Assembly (NCBI GenBank): GCA_963663165.1
Contig: OY760175.1
Coordinates: 1,888,001 to 1,952,000, forward strand
Source of the DNA: an uncultured Desulfospira sp.
Lineage (GTDB): Bacteria; Desulfobacterota; Desulfobacteria; Desulfobacterales; Desulfobacteraceae
DNA: 64,000 nucleotides
Reading direction: 5' to 3'
The translations under genes and the position numbers were made by a program. The notes beneath the pieces were generated by a model that saw nothing but the letters and a program-made list of their open reading frames with translations, was not told the origin of the DNA and made no database searches. Shown here piece after piece: positions 38,771 to 49,569 of this stretch (its first letter is position 1; each line of letters opens with the position of its first letter).

Positions 38771-40762
38771 TCAAGCACTGGGGTTCACTTTTTGAAGTCC
38801 GCAAGCCAGACATAACGCCGCAAATCCTGCCGCATCCGCCCAATAGGCCGGCCAGAGCAGGCCGGCGGCCGCCCCCCAGAAAAGCAGGGTTTCCAACACG
38901 GTGGCCTTCCTTAAAAAGTACCGCTCCAGGGCCGAGGCAAAGGCAAACAGCCCCAGGGTCGTGGTGACCATGGTCAGGCCCACCTCCCAGTGAAACAGGT
39001 CATAGGTCTCCCCCATGCCCAGCAAGGGGCGGTAAGCCATGACAATGGGGATGATGTAAAGCCCCTTGGCCAGTTTCCAGGACACAAAGGCCGTTTCCAT
39101 GGGATTGGCCCTGGCAATACCGGCCCCGGCAAAACTGGCCAGGCTGACCGGCGGGGTCACATTGGCATCCTGAGAATACCAGAAGACGATCATGTGCGCC
39201 ACCAAAATGGGAACCCCCATGTCCATCAGTGCGGGCCCGGCCAGAGTGGCCAGAACAATATAGCTGGCCGTTACCGGCAGTCCCATGCCCAGGACCAGGG
39301 ATGCGCCGCCGATGAGCAGGATGGCCAGCACCTCAATGCCGAAACTCAAGTCAAGGACCAGGCTGGAGAACTTGAGCCCCATGCCCGTAAGGCTGACCAT
39401 GCCCACGATAATGCCCGCCGCCGCACAGGCCACCGACACCATGACCGCATTTTTGGCCCCGTTATCAAAGGCCGATATCACGGATTTTCCCTGGTCAAGA
39501 CCAAACCGGAATAAAGAGGGTTTGGCTTCCCGGGTCGTGGACCACTTGACCAGGTTGGCGGCAATGCTGATGAGCAGTGTGCTGACCACGGCAATAAATC
39601 CGGCCATCATAGGCGAGTAGTTGGAGACCAGGACATAGATCAGGATCAGCACCGGAATAATAAAATGAAGCCCTTCCTTGATAACGTTCATCAGTTTGGG
39701 AAGGCTTTCCTTGGGCTGTCCCTTGAGGCCGTATTTCTGTGCCTCATAATGGACAAAGATCAGAACCGTCAGGTAATACATGATGGCCGGGACCAGCGCC
39801 ACCTTGATGATGGTCAGATAGGGGGTGTTGGTGAATTCGGCCATTAAAAAAGCGCCGGCCCCCATGATGGGGGGCATGAGCTGGCCGCCGGTGGAGGCGG
39901 CCGCTTCTATGGCGCCGGCCACATGGTTCCGGTACCCCACTTTTTTCATCATGGGGATGGTAAAGGATCCTGTGGCCACCACATTGCCCACGGCTGAGCC
40001 CGAGACAGATCCCATAAATCCAGACGCCACTACGGACGCCTTGGCCGGCCCCCCTGAAAAGCGGCCGGTCAGGGCATAGGCAATGTTGATGAAAAAGGCC
40101 CCGCCCCCGGTGGTTTCCAGGATGGCACCAAACAGGACAAACACGAACACAAAGGTGGCGGCCACGCCGATGGGGAGTCCGAAAATCCCTTCAGTGGTCA
40201 GCCAGAGGGTGGTGGTGATCCGCTCGATACTGTATCCTTTGTGCATGATCAGTTCGGGCATATAGGGACCGTACATGGCATAGAGTATGGCCACGGCACA
40301 GATCCCGCTCATGATTCCCCCGATTACCCGCCGGCAGGCTTCCAGCACCAGCAGGGTGCCGATTAAACTGACCACCCGGTCATGCATCAGCCAGTCGCCC
40401 TGGCGTTCAAAAATAGCGGTCAGGTTGACGCAGATGTAAGCCGTGCAGTAGATGGACAGGGCCACCAGGACCCAGTCCAGAAAAAGGAAAAAGGAAAACC
40501 GGTCCTTTTGGGCTTTCTTATGGGCCGGCCGCAGTAAAAAGGTCAGGGTCAAAATCGCCCCCAGGTGGACGGCCCGCTGCACAATGGCCGTCATGGCCGT
40601 CACCCCGGCCGTATAAAGCTGGTACAGGCTTAAACTCACGGCCACCACCATCACCACCCAGGCCGTTATCTTTACCAGGTTCAGATTAGCTGATGAAATA
40701 TGCGGGGCAACCTCGACATCATTTGCTATGATTGTATCTGCTGTGATTGAATTATCGACCAT
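38771..40762 (-). CDS. TAXI-TRAP fused 4TM/12TM permease
   Basis: GGPAKASVVAS, SGSAVGNVVATG, EAAASTGGQLMPPIMGAGAF, TPPV. Confidence 0.93.
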   Translation of the reverse strand: MVDNSITADTIIANDVEVAPHISSANLNLVKITAWVVMVVAVSLSLYQLYTAGVTAMTAIVQRAVHLGAILTLTFLLRPAHKKAQKDRFSFFLFLDWVLVALSIYCTAYICVNLTAIFERQGDWLMHDRVVSLIGTLLVLEACRRVIGGIMSGICAVAILYAMYGPYMPELIMHKGYSIERITTTLWLTTEGIFGLPIGVAATFVFVFVLFGAILETTGGGAFFINIAYALTGRFSGGPAKASVVASGFMGSVSGSAVGNVVATGSFTIPMMKKVGYRNHVAGAIEAAASTGGQLMPPIMGAGAFLMAEFTNTPYLTIIKVALVPAIMYYLTVLIFVHYEAQKYGLKGQPKESLPKLMNVIKEGLHFIIPVLILIYVLVSNYSPMMAGFIAVVSTLLISIAANLVKWSTTREAKPSLFRFGLDQGKSVISAFDNGAKNAVMVSVACAAAGIIVGMVSLTGMGLKFSSLVLDLSFGIEVLAILLIGGASLVLGMGLPVTASYIVLATLAGPALMDMGVPILVAHMIVFWYSQDANVTPPVSLASFAGAGIARANPMETAFVSWKLAKGLYIIPIVMAYRPLLGMGETYDLFHWEVGLTMVTTTLGLFAFASALERYFLRKATVLETLLFWGAAAGLLWPAYWADAAGFAALCLACGLQKVNPSA

Positions 40763-40864
40763 TGTATACCTTCTTGTTTAGGGACATGGGATTTGGGACC
40801 TGGGACCTGTGGGTGCTCTGCAGCTATTTTCCGCAAGTCCCAGGTCCCATATCCCAAGTCCCCC

Positions 40865-41389
40865 TTAAGTCCATTCTTTCTTTAACGTGAACCACCATTG
40901 GTGGAGCAGGCTCACCGGACGGCCGGAGAACATGACCGCCTCATGGGCCAGGGTTTCAGACAGGTTAAACCGTTTATCCCGCCAGATCAGGGTATGGTCC
41001 ACACCGGGGCTTCCCACCCTGAGGATAAACTCGCCCACGGGCATGTGCATGTCCGTAATGACTTCGTAAATGCCCTGTTTCACCATCCGGCCCACCCCCG
41101 GCATCTTTCCCATGCCGGCGCCGAATTTTTCATATTTCTCCTCTTCGATATAGATATGGCCGCTGGCATCCATGCTGTGGGACTCCCAGATCGGGGCGTT
41201 TTCCACAGAATGGTAATAGTGGATAGTAAAGCGTTCTCCAGGTTCCAGGGGCAGCACCATAACGGTGCCGCCCCCGTTGACCTTTGTCAGCTTGAGCCCA
41301 AGGCCGCCCGGGGTCAGCCGGGCGGTCAGGAGCATGGAAAACAAAAGGCCCAGAACGCAAAAGGCAATTAAAGAAAACCGACGGATCAT
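40865..41389 (-). CDS. DUF1850-like protein
   Basis: FTIHYYHSVENAPIWE...FGAGM; typical TAXI-TRAP neighbour. Confidence 0.8.
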   Translation of the reverse strand: MIRRFSLIAFCVLGLLFSMLLTARLTPGGLGLKLTKVNGGGTVMVLPLEPGERFTIHYYHSVENAPIWESHSMDASGHIYIEEEKYEKFGAGMGKMPGVGRMVKQGIYEVITDMHMPVGEFILRVGSPGVDHTLIWRDKRFNLSETLAHEAVMFSGRPVSLLHQWWFTLKKEWT

Positions 41390-42354
41390 GGTTTCAGGCG
41401 GTCAGGAACCGGGATGCCTTTTTCTTCCAAATATTTGAGGGTTCCCGGATGCAGGGGAATGGAGGAATACTTAACCGTGTTTTCAGGCGTTGTATAGGCG
41501 GCTGACGGGTGGATCTTGACCAGGTAGTCGTTGTTTTCAAACAGGGCTTTGGCCAGCTTGTACACCAGGTCCGTATCCAGAGATTTCTGGCAGATCATCA
41601 CGTTCCACACCCCGATGGTGGGAACGGGCTTGGCAACCCCGCGGTAAATGCCGCCGGCCAGTTCCACCCCGGCATAGGTCGATTTGGCGGCCAGTATTTT
41701 ATTGGTCTGCTCCGGGGTAAATCCTAAAATATTGATCTCATGGGTGGTGGCCAGATCCAGTATGGAGCTGGTCCCGGGGCCCACAGACCAGATGCCCACT
41801 TCGATGGTGCCGTCCCTTAAGGCATTGGCACTTTCGGTAAAGGACAGGCGGCTGTCTTTAAAGGAATCCGTGGTGATTCCCAAGGCATTAAGGACGGCTT
41901 CCGCCATGAAGTTGGTGCCGGAACCCGGGCTTCCCGTTGAAATGTTTTTGCCGGTGACCTGCTCGATATTGGTGATGCCGCTTTTCTTTAAGGCCACCAC
42001 CTGGAGCAGGTTCGGATACATGATGGCCATGGACAGGATGTCATGTTTTTTGCCTTTGAATTTCCCGTCACCGTTGTAACCGGCCACGGCCACATCCCCC
42101 ATAACTTCCCCGATAACGGTTTCGCCCTTGTGGGCGAGTTTGACGTTTTCAACACTGGCACCGGTCACTTCGGCCACCGCCTTGACCCCGTCCACCTTTT
42201 TGGACCAGACTTCAGCCACGCCACCGCCGTAAGGGTAGTAAATACCGCCGGTACCGCCGGTGCCGATACTGATGAAAGTGGTTTTAGCGTAAGCTGTGCC
42301 CATAACGGCCAGCCCGAAGATAAGCGCGGAAAAGAGGATAATTCTGGTTTTCAT
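41386..42354 (-). CDS. TAXI-family TRAP solute-binding protein
   Basis: Signal peptide; IGTGGTGGIYYPYG, TGASVEN, PLHPG. Confidence 0.93.
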   Translation of the reverse strand: MKTRIILFSALIFGLAVMGTAYAKTTFISIGTGGTGGIYYPYGGGVAEVWSKKVDGVKAVAEVTGASVENVKLAHKGETVIGEVMGDVAVAGYNGDGKFKGKKHDILSMAIMYPNLLQVVALKKSGITNIEQVTGKNISTGSPGSGTNFMAEAVLNALGITTDSFKDSRLSFTESANALRDGTIEVGIWSVGPGTSSILDLATTHEINILGFTPEQTNKILAAKSTYAGVELAGGIYRGVAKPVPTIGVWNVMICQKSLDTDLVYKLAKALFENNDYLVKIHPSAAYTTPENTVKYSSIPLHPGTLKYLEEKGIPVPDRLKP

Positions 42355-42375
42355 GGATCTTTTCTCCTTTTTTAG

Positions 42376-42487
42376 AGACTTGGGACATGGGACTTGAGAC
42401 CTGGGACTGCCTTACGAAACGTCTTCTAAAGTCTAATGTCTAATGTCTACAGTCTAAAGTCTATAGTCTAACGTCTACAGTCTAATT
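42376..42487. repeat. Intergenic heptamer tandem repeats
   Basis: GRGACHT-type units, then about 8 GTCTANN units. Confidence 0.8.
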
Positions 42488-42916
42488 TTACTTACTGAGG
42501 GTTTTAATCACTAGATCAATCTTGCCCGGATAGCCGTTAACCCCTTTTACAGGGTATTCAAACTCCATGGCTTCCCCGGGTTTCATTAACCCTTTTTTGG
42601 TCGTCCGGGGCAGGAGGCCGCCCACGGCCTTACCGTTTTCAAGAAAAATGTTGACTTTGAACCGTTGGTCTTCCGCGCTGATGTTTTTCACTGCAACCTT
42701 GAAATGAAGGGTGTCTTCACCTTCCCACGGTTTGAGAACACATGAAAAATCTTCCAGGGATGCCTCCGGTGCAATGGTTTGATTGATGTCTGATGCCTTT
42801 GCACATGAGAAGCTTTCTCCGGGTTTGGGTTTCGGTGCTGAACAGCCTGCCAGGACCATAATCCCGACGATGATCACCAGCCATGCCCACGCAAATTTGT
42901 GTTGGTGCTGACGCAT
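42488..42916 (-). CDS. Lipoprotein, hypothetical
   Basis: Lipobox LAGC. Confidence 0.75.
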   Translation of the reverse strand: MRQHQHKFAWAWLVIIVGIMVLAGCSAPKPKPGESFSCAKASDINQTIAPEASLEDFSCVLKPWEGEDTLHFKVAVKNISAEDQRFKVNIFLENGKAVGGLLPRTTKKGLMKPGEAMEFEYPVKGVNGYPGKIDLVIKTLSK

Positions 42917-43139
42917 AACGCTTTCCCCTTTTTTGGTTCACCGTGAAAGTCAAAAAAAACCTGCAACAGCTTAACCTTCATCGGCTGTCAGGTCGGCCCT
43001 TTGGCGCCCGACAGGTTAATGGATGTGATGCTGATTCCCGGGGGGCAATGATCTTGCAGTGGTGCCTGCAGCAACCATGGCCCGGGGTGTTTCTTATTTT
43101 CAGGGTATTGCCTAATTCCAGGGTACTCACTCGTACAAT

Positions 43140-43155
43140 TGCAAGCATGATGCCA
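43140..43155 (-). promoter_or_regulatory. Sigma54 -24/-12 promoter for the TRAP/CoA-transferase operon
   Basis: TGGCATCATGCTTGCA; an NtrC-type regulator is adjacent. Confidence 0.75.
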
Positions 43156-43386
43156 GGTCAAAGAAAAATATATCTGGCTTTAATTTAAATGGGTTACATC
43201 AGGCCAAAAAGACGATAAAGAACGGGAAAGTCTATCTTGTGCGGATTCTGAACGCCATCACCGTGCGAATTTCGCACAGCCTCCCATAAATAGTGTATGA
43301 CCGAAAACCCGTGTTTGGACGAAAAGGGCCCAGATGCAGATTTTTCTGCAACGCAGCAGATGGGTGACGTTTCGTTCAAACACAAA

Positions 43387-44364
43387 TTACCGAACAATCT
43401 GGCCGGCCATCACCAGTATGGACATGGGAATCTGCACATTAATCTGCCGGGCGGTTTTCATATTGACACAGATATGGGTGTGATCGAGCATGGAGGAGGG
43501 AATATCCCAAGGATGGGCCCCCTCAAGGATTTGAACGGCTTTTTGGGCGGCGATCCGGCCCAGCTCATAGTACTTGGGGACAAATCCAAGAAGGACCCCG
43601 TCTTCAGGCACCATACTCCCCACCGAGGAAATGGAGGGGATGCCATAGGCGTTGACCTGTTCCATGATTTTTTTGCCAATGGATTTAATCATGGAGTCCG
43701 ACGGCAGGAATACGGCGTCTACCTGGCCCTTAAGCCCGGGCAGAACGCCGGGGATATCGGTTTCACAGGATATCCTAAACTCTTTGAGCAAAAACCCGAG
43801 CTGTGCCTGGAGACCTTTGACCGTATGACACTGGATCACAGAATTTTGTTCTTTGGGATTATAGATGATCCCGAGCTGTTTGAAGTTTACCACCTTTTTC
43901 AGGGTTTTAAGTGAATTGACGGCCGACACCTTGTTGCTGGCACCGGTGGCATTATTTTTTGAGCTTTCCCAACCCGCAATGATGCCGGAGTCCACGGGCC
44001 GGCTGACAATGTTGAAAACCACCGGGGTTGTCTTGATTCTGGAAAGGACGGCTTTGGATGCGGTGGTCCCGAACACATAGATCAGGTCCACCCTTTGTTT
44101 CTCAATCATGGAAATAATATCGTGGAGTTTTTCAATATCCTGGCCGGCATGGTACGGTGTTACCCCAACCGTCAGGGGACAGGCGTTCAATTCTTCCATA
44201 AACCCTTTTTCCGCCGGGGTTTCTCCCCGCCAGGTGATCATGGCCACCTGGTATGTTTGGGCCTGCACCATGCTGCAATAAAGCATCAGCAACAGGCCCG
44301 GCAGGGCCATGGCTGTTTTCCTGGAGAACCCCATCTGCGGTATGGTCAGCCTTAACCATTTCAT
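43387..44364 (-). CDS. Periplasmic ABC-type substrate-binding protein (sensor accessory)
   Basis: VDLIYVFGTTA, PVVF, NATG, GIIYNPKEQNS; in an operon with the two-component system. Confidence 0.85.
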   Translation of the reverse strand: MKWLRLTIPQMGFSRKTAMALPGLLLMLYCSMVQAQTYQVAMITWRGETPAEKGFMEELNACPLTVGVTPYHAGQDIEKLHDIISMIEKQRVDLIYVFGTTASKAVLSRIKTTPVVFNIVSRPVDSGIIAGWESSKNNATGASNKVSAVNSLKTLKKVVNFKQLGIIYNPKEQNSVIQCHTVKGLQAQLGFLLKEFRISCETDIPGVLPGLKGQVDAVFLPSDSMIKSIGKKIMEQVNAYGIPSISSVGSMVPEDGVLLGFVPKYYELGRIAAQKAVQILEGAHPWDIPSSMLDHTHICVNMKTARQINVQIPMSILVMAGQIVR

Positions 44365-45755
44365 TGGGTGTTGGCAGCCACCCCTTTCTGCAGCCGGTTA
44401 ATGCGCCGGATCAGGGCATACCGGCTGATGCCCAGCATCTTGGCGGCCCGGGTTTTGTTCTGGTTGGCTTTTTTCAAGGTGGTGTCAATGATCTGCTTTT
44501 CGGTCCGGCTTAAAATTTCATCAATATCCCCGCTGCCGTTTGGCGGCTCTTTGAGGGGCGCTTCCGGCACAGAAACGGTATCCCGCATCTGTTCAGGCAA
44601 AAGGCTTTCATCCACCACATCGGCCTTGCAAAAGATCACGGCCCGTTCAATAACGTTTCGAAGCTCCCGGACATTGCCGTACCAGGGATAGGCATTAAAA
44701 ATCTCCTCCACCTCCGGTGCCAGGGGCCTTGCTTTTTTCCCCATGTCTTTGGAAAATTCTTCAATAAAATAGTTGCTCAAGGTAAGGATATCATCCCGTC
44801 TTTCCCGCAGGGGCGGGGCATGGATAGAGACCACATTCAGCCGGTAGTAAAGGTCTTTTCGAAATCTTTTTTGTTCAATGGCCTTTTCCAGATTCTGGTT
44901 GGTGGCCGCAATGATCCTCACATCCACCTCAATATCCTTTCCGCTGCCCAGCCGTTTAAACTGTTTTTTCTCCAGAAAGGTCAACAGCTTGGCCTGGATG
45001 GACAGGGGCATTTCCCCGATTTCATCTAAAAAAACCGTCCCGTTGTCCGCGATTTCCAGCAGCCCCTTCTTTTTTTGCCGGGCATCGGTAAACGCGCCTT
45101 TTTCATATCCGAACAATTCACTTTCAATGAGGTTTTCCGGTAAAGAGGCACAGTTGATCTCCATAAACGGGGCGCTGCTGCGATTGCTTTTATAATGGAT
45201 GGCCCCGGCAATCAGCTCCTTGCCCGTGCCGCTTTCCCCAAGGACCAGGACCGTTGTCCGGTCGGTTTTGGATAAAATTTCAATCTGTTTGTAGATTTCC
45301 ATCATTTTATCGCTCTCACCCACCAGGTCGCAGAACCGGTAAATCTTGCGCTGCTGGTATCTTAAGAAGGCCACTTCCTTTTTAAGGGTATGGTCCTTGA
45401 CCGCCTGATGAACCAGTTTTTTGAGTTCCTCTAAATCAAAGGGTTTGTTGATAAAGTGGAACGCGCCGCATTTAACGGCCTCCACCGTTATCTTGGTGTC
45501 GCCGAAGGCGGTCATGATAATGACGGCAATATCCGTATCTTTTTCCCTGATTTTTTTTAAGACATCAATCCCGTTCATCCCCGGAAGCCTTAAGTCCAGA
45601 AGAACCACCACCGGCTCAAAGTGGGACAGCGCGGCCAGGCCCTCCTCTCCGGTATGGGCCACCTGAACGTTGAATCCGCCTTCTTCAAAGTCCATTTTAA
45701 GAGACCGGCACAATATTTTTTCATCATCAACTATCAGTATTTTTTCCTGGGACAT
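44361..45755 (-). CDS. Sigma54-dependent response regulator (NtrC family)
   Basis: REC domain, GESGTGKE, GAFTDA, WYGNVRELRN, Fis-type HTH. Confidence 0.95.
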   Translation of the reverse strand: MSQEKILIVDDEKILCRSLKMDFEEGGFNVQVAHTGEEGLAALSHFEPVVVLLDLRLPGMNGIDVLKKIREKDTDIAVIIMTAFGDTKITVEAVKCGAFHFINKPFDLEELKKLVHQAVKDHTLKKEVAFLRYQQRKIYRFCDLVGESDKMMEIYKQIEILSKTDRTTVLVLGESGTGKELIAGAIHYKSNRSSAPFMEINCASLPENLIESELFGYEKGAFTDARQKKKGLLEIADNGTVFLDEIGEMPLSIQAKLLTFLEKKQFKRLGSGKDIEVDVRIIAATNQNLEKAIEQKRFRKDLYYRLNVVSIHAPPLRERRDDILTLSNYFIEEFSKDMGKKARPLAPEVEEIFNAYPWYGNVRELRNVIERAVIFCKADVVDESLLPEQMRDTVSVPEAPLKEPPNGSGDIDEILSRTEKQIIDTTLKKANQNKTRAAKMLGISRYALIRRINRLQKGVAANTQ

Positions 45756-45767
45756 CCTGGATTTCCT

Positions 45768-48059
45768 TTATCCTGCCGCCGGGATGACCAGTTCCCGGGT
45801 TTCGGGGACCAGTCCGCCGGCCGCTGTTTTGTCGTTGAATACCGGGATAATCAGGGTGACCCGGCAGCCTTCACCCGTCTTGCTGTCAATATAAATAAAG
45901 GCATTGTTTTTTTCCATGAGCTTGTGGGCGATGGAAAGCCCTAAACCGGTACCGTTGGGATCCGTGGTAAAAAAAGGATCAAACACCCGGGACAGGTTTT
46001 CCTCTTTAATGCCCGTGCCGGTATCTGAAAAGGAGATGGCCATGTAATCGGTGTCCGCACAGAACAAAGGGCCCAAAGGTTTGGCTATTTTTTCCCGGAT
46101 CAGGTCCTGGTCCATCACCCTGGCCGCTTCTATGGTGAGGCTGCCGCCGCCGGGCATGGCGTTGACGGCATTGAGGATCAGGTTTAAAAACACCTGCTGG
46201 ATCTGTTCCCGGTCAATAAAGGCCTGGGGCAGATGGGATTCAAATATCCGGGCGATCTGGATCTGGCGGTTCTTGATCCGCTCCATCAACAGGTCCAGGG
46301 TTTTTTGAATCACGCCGCTGATGTCCACGGCCGTGGGAAAGTTGGGGGAAGGGCCTGAAAATTTAAGCAGATCGCTGACGATCTCATTGAGCCGGTCGAT
46401 TTCACTGAGGACCCCGTTGGCCAGAATCAGCTGGGATGGGCTTGACAGCCGTTTGGCCAGCACCTGGATACTGGTTTTCATCCCGGCCAGGGGGTTTCGG
46501 ATTTCATGGGCAATACCGGCGGATAATTCGCCTAAGGATGCCAGCTTGTCCACCCGGATCATGAGCTGGTCAATCCGCTTTCGGGTGGTGATATCCCGGA
46601 TATCGGCAATGGCGCCGATGATTTTGCCTTTGCCGTCGTAAAGCAGGGCCGTGTTAATCTCCATAAAAATGGGTTCGCCCATGCCATTCTCAAAGTCCAC
46701 CACCTGGTGTTCCAGCATCTTTTTTTCTTCAAGGGTTTCCATGAGCAGTGCCATGGTTTTTTTAATGCCCGGGGGAGCACTTTCAGGGTCACCCAGATCC
46801 TGCCGGTCAAAGGACAAAATTTTTCTGGCGCTCTGGTTAATGGAAGAAAGACGGCCTTTGTTATCCACCGTGATGATGCCGCTGGAAACGCTTCGCAGGG
46901 TATTGTCGCTGAAGGTTTTCAGATCCACGATTTTCTGCATGGAGGTTTTGAGCCGGGCCGCCATATTGGTAAACTCCAGTGCCAGCAGCTGAAACTCCTG
47001 GGTTGAGGTCACCGTGATTTTCTGGTCCAGGTCCCCGGCGCCAATGGCCCGGGCCCCCGTGACCAGCTGGCCGATGGGATGGGTCAGGCTTCGGGCAAAC
47101 AAAACAGAGACCAGAACAATCAAAAGCGCCATCAGGGCACTAAAGGTCACGATGCTGCGGCGCAGTTTGAAAATATCGGCCATAAATTCGGATTTCTGCA
47201 AGGTAATCCCCACGCTCCAGTTTTTGATGCGGCAAGGGGTGAACACCATGAATTTGCGGGTGTTTTTAAACCGGTAATGGCCGAACCCGGGAGCGCCTTC
47301 CCGTATTTTTTCCGTAAGCATTCTCAAATCGGCATCCGTGCTGTTTAAAAAAAAATTTTCCAGGTTCAAGGCCGGGTCCGGATGAAATAACAACACGCCT
47401 TTCTGGTCGATCAAAAAGGCGTGTCCCTTTGTGCCGATGGTCAGATCCGAAACAAAATCCGTAAACGCGGCCAGCCGGATTTCAAACACCAGAAGCCCTA
47501 CCGGCTTGGAGGGATCTTCAAAATCATAAATTTTTTTGGACAACACCAGATAGGAGTTCCCGTTCCCTTTTTCAAAGAAGACATCAGACAGGAAAACTTC
47601 CTTTTTCATGGCGTTTTCAAACCAGTCGGCATCTTTAAATGAATGACCGGCATTGGGAAGGGATTCAGGAAGGCTGAAAAGGGAGCGGCCGTCCAGGGCA
47701 ATCAGATGTATCCGCCGGTAAAACCGGTTGTTGTTCTCGTATTCATCCAAAAGCCGCCGGGCCGTGTCCAGCCGCTGGCCGAATTCAAACTGGAGAAAGG
47801 ACAGCTGGATAAAGGGAAAATTGCTCAGCAGCTTGATATCCTTTTCACAGACGTCACAGAAATTGTCGATCTGCTGGGCGGTTTTCTGGGCCAGGTTCCC
47901 GAGCTGTTCCCGGGTCTGGATCAACAGCGCGTTGGATGCGGTTTTATAGACGAAAAAACCGACTATGATCAGGGGGATGACGCCCAGGATGACAAAAATG
48001 GCAATGGATTTGGACCGGATACTGGAAAAGAGATGCTCAAGTGAGAATACGTGCTTCAA
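45768..48059 (-). CDS. Sensor histidine kinase (Cache-HAMP-PAS-HisKA-HATPase)
   Basis: AHEIRNPL, NLILNA, DTGTGI, FDPFFTT, GTGLGL. Confidence 0.95.
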   Translation of the reverse strand: MKHVFSLEHLFSSIRSKSIAIFVILGVIPLIIVGFFVYKTASNALLIQTREQLGNLAQKTAQQIDNFCDVCEKDIKLLSNFPFIQLSFLQFEFGQRLDTARRLLDEYENNNRFYRRIHLIALDGRSLFSLPESLPNAGHSFKDADWFENAMKKEVFLSDVFFEKGNGNSYLVLSKKIYDFEDPSKPVGLLVFEIRLAAFTDFVSDLTIGTKGHAFLIDQKGVLLFHPDPALNLENFFLNSTDADLRMLTEKIREGAPGFGHYRFKNTRKFMVFTPCRIKNWSVGITLQKSEFMADIFKLRRSIVTFSALMALLIVLVSVLFARSLTHPIGQLVTGARAIGAGDLDQKITVTSTQEFQLLALEFTNMAARLKTSMQKIVDLKTFSDNTLRSVSSGIITVDNKGRLSSINQSARKILSFDRQDLGDPESAPPGIKKTMALLMETLEEKKMLEHQVVDFENGMGEPIFMEINTALLYDGKGKIIGAIADIRDITTRKRIDQLMIRVDKLASLGELSAGIAHEIRNPLAGMKTSIQVLAKRLSSPSQLILANGVLSEIDRLNEIVSDLLKFSGPSPNFPTAVDISGVIQKTLDLLMERIKNRQIQIARIFESHLPQAFIDREQIQQVFLNLILNAVNAMPGGGSLTIEAARVMDQDLIREKIAKPLGPLFCADTDYMAISFSDTGTGIKEENLSRVFDPFFTTDPNGTGLGLSIAHKLMEKNNAFIYIDSKTGEGCRVTLIIPVFNDKTAAGGLVPETRELVIPAAG

Positions 48060-48476
48060 AATCGGTCTCCAAAGGCGGTGGTCGGATTTGCAGCAAACTT
48101 TCAGTGTTCAGTTACCGGCCGTTGGGTGGCAGTTGGATGATGTGACCTGTGAAGTAGAATATGCCAACGGCGTTCACAATTTGTTGCGGGCTTGCGGGCC
48201 CTTGTGCGTTTTCTAATCGTTACATTCTCCAGCGAATCGTGTCAACCCCAGTCTCGCACACCTTCAGGGTAAACCAAGGAAAGCTGTCCAAAGCACTGAT
48301 GTCAATTTTGAATAGATTGTGAGGATAAAAAACGCAGACCGGAGGAAGGGAGACGGGAGACCGGATCGCGCATCCTTAGGGGATTAGGCTGAAGGCTGAA
48401 GGGGTTTAGGGTTTCGAATCCCTAAGGATGGTGCATCCCTTCAGCCTAAACCCCTAAACTCAATTAGAGATTATCT

Positions 48477-48920
48477 TTACTCCGGCACAGCAGAACGGCT
48501 GTTCTCATCCCCTGTCACCAGGGGCTTGATATCCAGGATTGGTGTGCCGTCCATCATGTCAATGTGCTTGACCGTGATGCGGGCACCGTCCATGCCAATG
48601 ACCTTAACCACGCTCATGCCGATGGCATTGGGCCGTTTGGGAGAACAGATGCTGAACACCCCCCGGGGGGCCGGATGGTGGGCCGGGGACTGGACAAGAT
48701 TATCAGAACTGAATGCCGGGCTTTTGTGGAAGTGGAAAAGTACCACGATTTTCTGGCCGGGCTCAATATCCTGCAGCCCTTTTTCAAATTCCGGGTGAAT
48801 GTCCAGTACACCGGTTTCCTGTGACACGGACCAGTGTCTTGGCAGTGTTTCGGCCTGGGTTCTCACATATCCGATGGGGCTCAAAGAAATCGGTTTTTCA
48901 TTTGTCATCATATTCACCAA
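48477..48920 (-). CDS. tsaA: TsaA/TrmO tRNA m6t6A37 methyltransferase
   Basis: PIGYV, LFHFHK, RGVFSICSPKRPNAIG, DGTPILDIKP. Confidence 0.88.
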   Translation of the reverse strand: MVNMMTNEKPISLSPIGYVRTQAETLPRHWSVSQETGVLDIHPEFEKGLQDIEPGQKIVVLFHFHKSPAFSSDNLVQSPAHHPAPRGVFSICSPKRPNAIGMSVVKVIGMDGARITVKHIDMMDGTPILDIKPLVTGDENSRSAVPE

Positions 48921-48946
48921 AATTTATTCTTTCAAAGGTTTCCGGA

Positions 48947-49414
48947 TTAAAAATGAAACAAGAAATACTGCCCTAGATTGTCATAATGGTCATATGATGT
49001 AAATTCACATCCATATTGGGTTTTGGAAAACCCTTTGATGATCTCAACCTCCCGCAAAACCGAAGAGTGGGTTTTATCATCCAGGGTAAACCTGACCCGG
49101 ACCCGGTCCCCGTCTTCTAAAGGAACCGGTTTATGGATATTCATCTTTATGCCGTTTTTTGACAAATCTTCTACGGTAGCGGGGATCTTTTCCCCCGATA
49201 CCAGTACGGTAGCGTCAAAATTTGTTTTTTTTCTGAAGTTTTTTCTTCTCTGCAAAACCACATGGTCAATATTGCCGCATTTGCATTTTACTTTCAGTTG
49301 TACGGTTGCCTGGTGCGAGATAAAACTGGATACATCTTTTTTATTTGTTTTGCCGCATTTTGAACAGGTAAATGTAGCCGACAGATCCGGTCGCACAAAA
49401 ATTTGAGTTTTCAT
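48947..49414 (-). CDS. Zn-ribbon + PilZ-domain protein
   Basis: CSKC/CKC; RKNFR and DLSKNG c-di-GMP-binding motifs. Confidence 0.85.
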   Translation of the reverse strand: MKTQIFVRPDLSATFTCSKCGKTNKKDVSSFISHQATVQLKVKCKCGNIDHVVLQRRKNFRKKTNFDATVLVSGEKIPATVEDLSKNGIKMNIHKPVPLEDGDRVRVRFTLDDKTHSSVLREVEIIKGFSKTQYGCEFTSYDHYDNLGQYFLFHF

Positions 49415-49569
49415 TGGGTTGGGGTAATTTTATGTTAAAAAATAAATATGTCATCATTCTGATTCAACCATAGGTCAAATATAGTACCCTACTATAATAA
49501 GCATTATTCTGATTTCAAGGGGTTCGGTTCCACCCCGGCCCCAGAGGCTATAAAACCCACAAAAATCCC

